In this document: in pieces, positions 62,543-64,000 of the stretch | Position numbering within the stretch: the stretch's first letter is position 1 | How the letters are laid out: every line of letters begins with the position of its first letter | Assembly (NCBI RefSeq): GCF_035594765.1 | Contig: NC_085841.1 | Location: 259,624,525 to 259,688,524 of the forward strand | Direction of reading: 5' to 3' | Length of the DNA stretch: 64,000 nt | From: Anolis carolinensis | Taxonomy: Eukaryota | Notes under the pieces: generated by a model | Seen by the model: the letters and a program-made list of their open reading frames with translations, nothing else | Told to the model about the DNA's origin: nothing | The model's database searches: none | Position numbers and translations under genes: made by a program

Positions 62543-64000
62543 GTAAGTAACAAGATTGATCTTAGATTAGATGTGTTTGCACATAATTAACAGTGTGTCA
62601 TCCAATGGCATCCCTAACATGCATAGCAACATCCATTCTTTGAAGGGGCTGCCTGGCCTTTGCAACAAACCTTACTAAAATGTAGACTACTTGCACAATT
62701 TCTAGTGGCATTTCACTGTTTTCTCAATGTTGTACAAGAACCATGGGCATTTCATTTCAGAATGTGATTATTCATATTTATCATTTCATTCATCCAATGT
62801 TTCAGTTTATTTACACTACCCACTTAATTTAATTTAGATTAGAAGGATCAAGACAGGCAACAAAGTGCAAAAGACAAACTATAATATTATTGAACATTGC
62901 TTCGAGGAGCTTTGTTGTCTTTTTTAGATCTTGCCCATTTTATTTTAATAATGTAGCTGTTCATAGTTAATTCTAGTCTTTTTAGCTGCCCAGATCAACC
63001 CATCTAACAGTTTCTACCTGAACTAAACATACAAAAAAGGAGGAGGAAAATAATGTTGAAAAGTGCATAGTCTGCATCCTTACTTAGAAGTAAGTCCCAC
63101 AGACTTCAGTGAGACTTTCTCTCCACCAAAATAAGTGTGTTAGACTCCTTCCTCAATGTAACAGTTGTATTCAGCAGATGTCTGCTTAGTTAGAAAGAAA
63201 ACCCTGGCATGGAAGTTATTCAAGTTACTGGGAAAACTAATTGATTATTCCATTTTATATCAAATCATTTTGCTTATAGACCCTAGTAGAAATGTTAGTG
63301 TTTGTGTGTTGACAGGTTTGAGATCAGAAAAATAAGCTTAAGAAAAATATCCCTACTTCAAAAGGACTAATGGATCAATGTCCCATCTCACATTACTAGA
63401 TTTGGTTGATACTTACCGGTATATATATTTGAAAACGCAGACCAAAGAGAAGGCTGTAACACCTGGTATTGATTTCCAATTTACTGGTCTCTTTAAGTAA
63501 ATAAAACTTCTCTGGGGTGATCTATGCCTAATTTGGCCCAGGTTTTGTTCCTCTGCAGTAAGTTTGTTGGCCAGTTAAAATTCAAATCAATTTGTGAAAA
63601 TCTCTCTTTAGTTGCCACTCAGTACTTTGTACTTGCACATGCTACTTCAACTTCATTGGGGAAACAATAAACAAACCTTTCTAACATTGAGACTTCATTC
63701 TCTTCCTCCTCCTTCATGCTTCTTAGTGTATGTGTGGCATCTTGGCAGAAAATTTCATTTATTTATTAGTTATCAAGACTTGTTTCCTATTTAGGAAAGA
63801 CGTGTTGTGATGACAGTTGGCAGAACATAATCTTTTTCAAGTGACAAAGCAATGCTTTAAGTACATATCTAGAAATTACTGTTGCTTTGAATAGATGAAA
63901 ATCCAATGTGCATCCTACCCCAGCACCTGGAAAAGGTTACTTTAAAAACAATCCACTTCCATTGCTAATTATGCTGTTTGAAGACTAATTCATAGACATT

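Larger units (their letters stand above)
34774..64000 (+). repeat. Tandem segmental-duplication unit 2 (partial, runs off window)
   Basis: Colinear with 1-28503. Offset is +34773 up to the hAT insertion, +35499 after it, and +35497 after the (CA)n contraction near 61020. Confidence 0.98.

Noticed and set aside
1-64000. CRISPR array or prokaryotic system
   Set aside because: Spliced vertebrate gene and vertebrate TEs throughout; no repeat-spacer array

Overview
Vertebrate genomic DNA whose repeat content (Sauria-type SINEs, Penelope, L2, CR1, L1, hAT, mariner and Harbinger MITEs) points to a squamate, probably an Anolis-type lizard. The whole window is a head-to-tail tandem array with a 34,773-bp period: position 1 recurs at 34774. 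Each unit carries one spliced INCENP gene (inner centromere protein, scaffold of the chromosomal passenger complex) on the + strand. Three copies are visible: copy A (last exon only, 978-1183), copy B (complete, 19 exons, 10344-35956, intact ~855-aa reading frame reconstructed by hand) and copy C (exons 1-11, 45117-62542, running off the window). The spacer between copies holds a previously unannotated-looking, convergent, decayed set of NLRP/ribonuclease-inhibitor-type LRR exons on the - strand. The units are almost identical. By eye I found 3 substitutions, a 2-bp (CA)n change and one 718-bp hAT insertion with an 8-bp target-site duplication (TSD) that is private to copy C. The INCENP C-terminal IN-box is well conserved, whereas the N-terminal targeting motifs (RRKKRR, PxVxI) appear eroded. 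Repeat family names are from recognition, not database searches.
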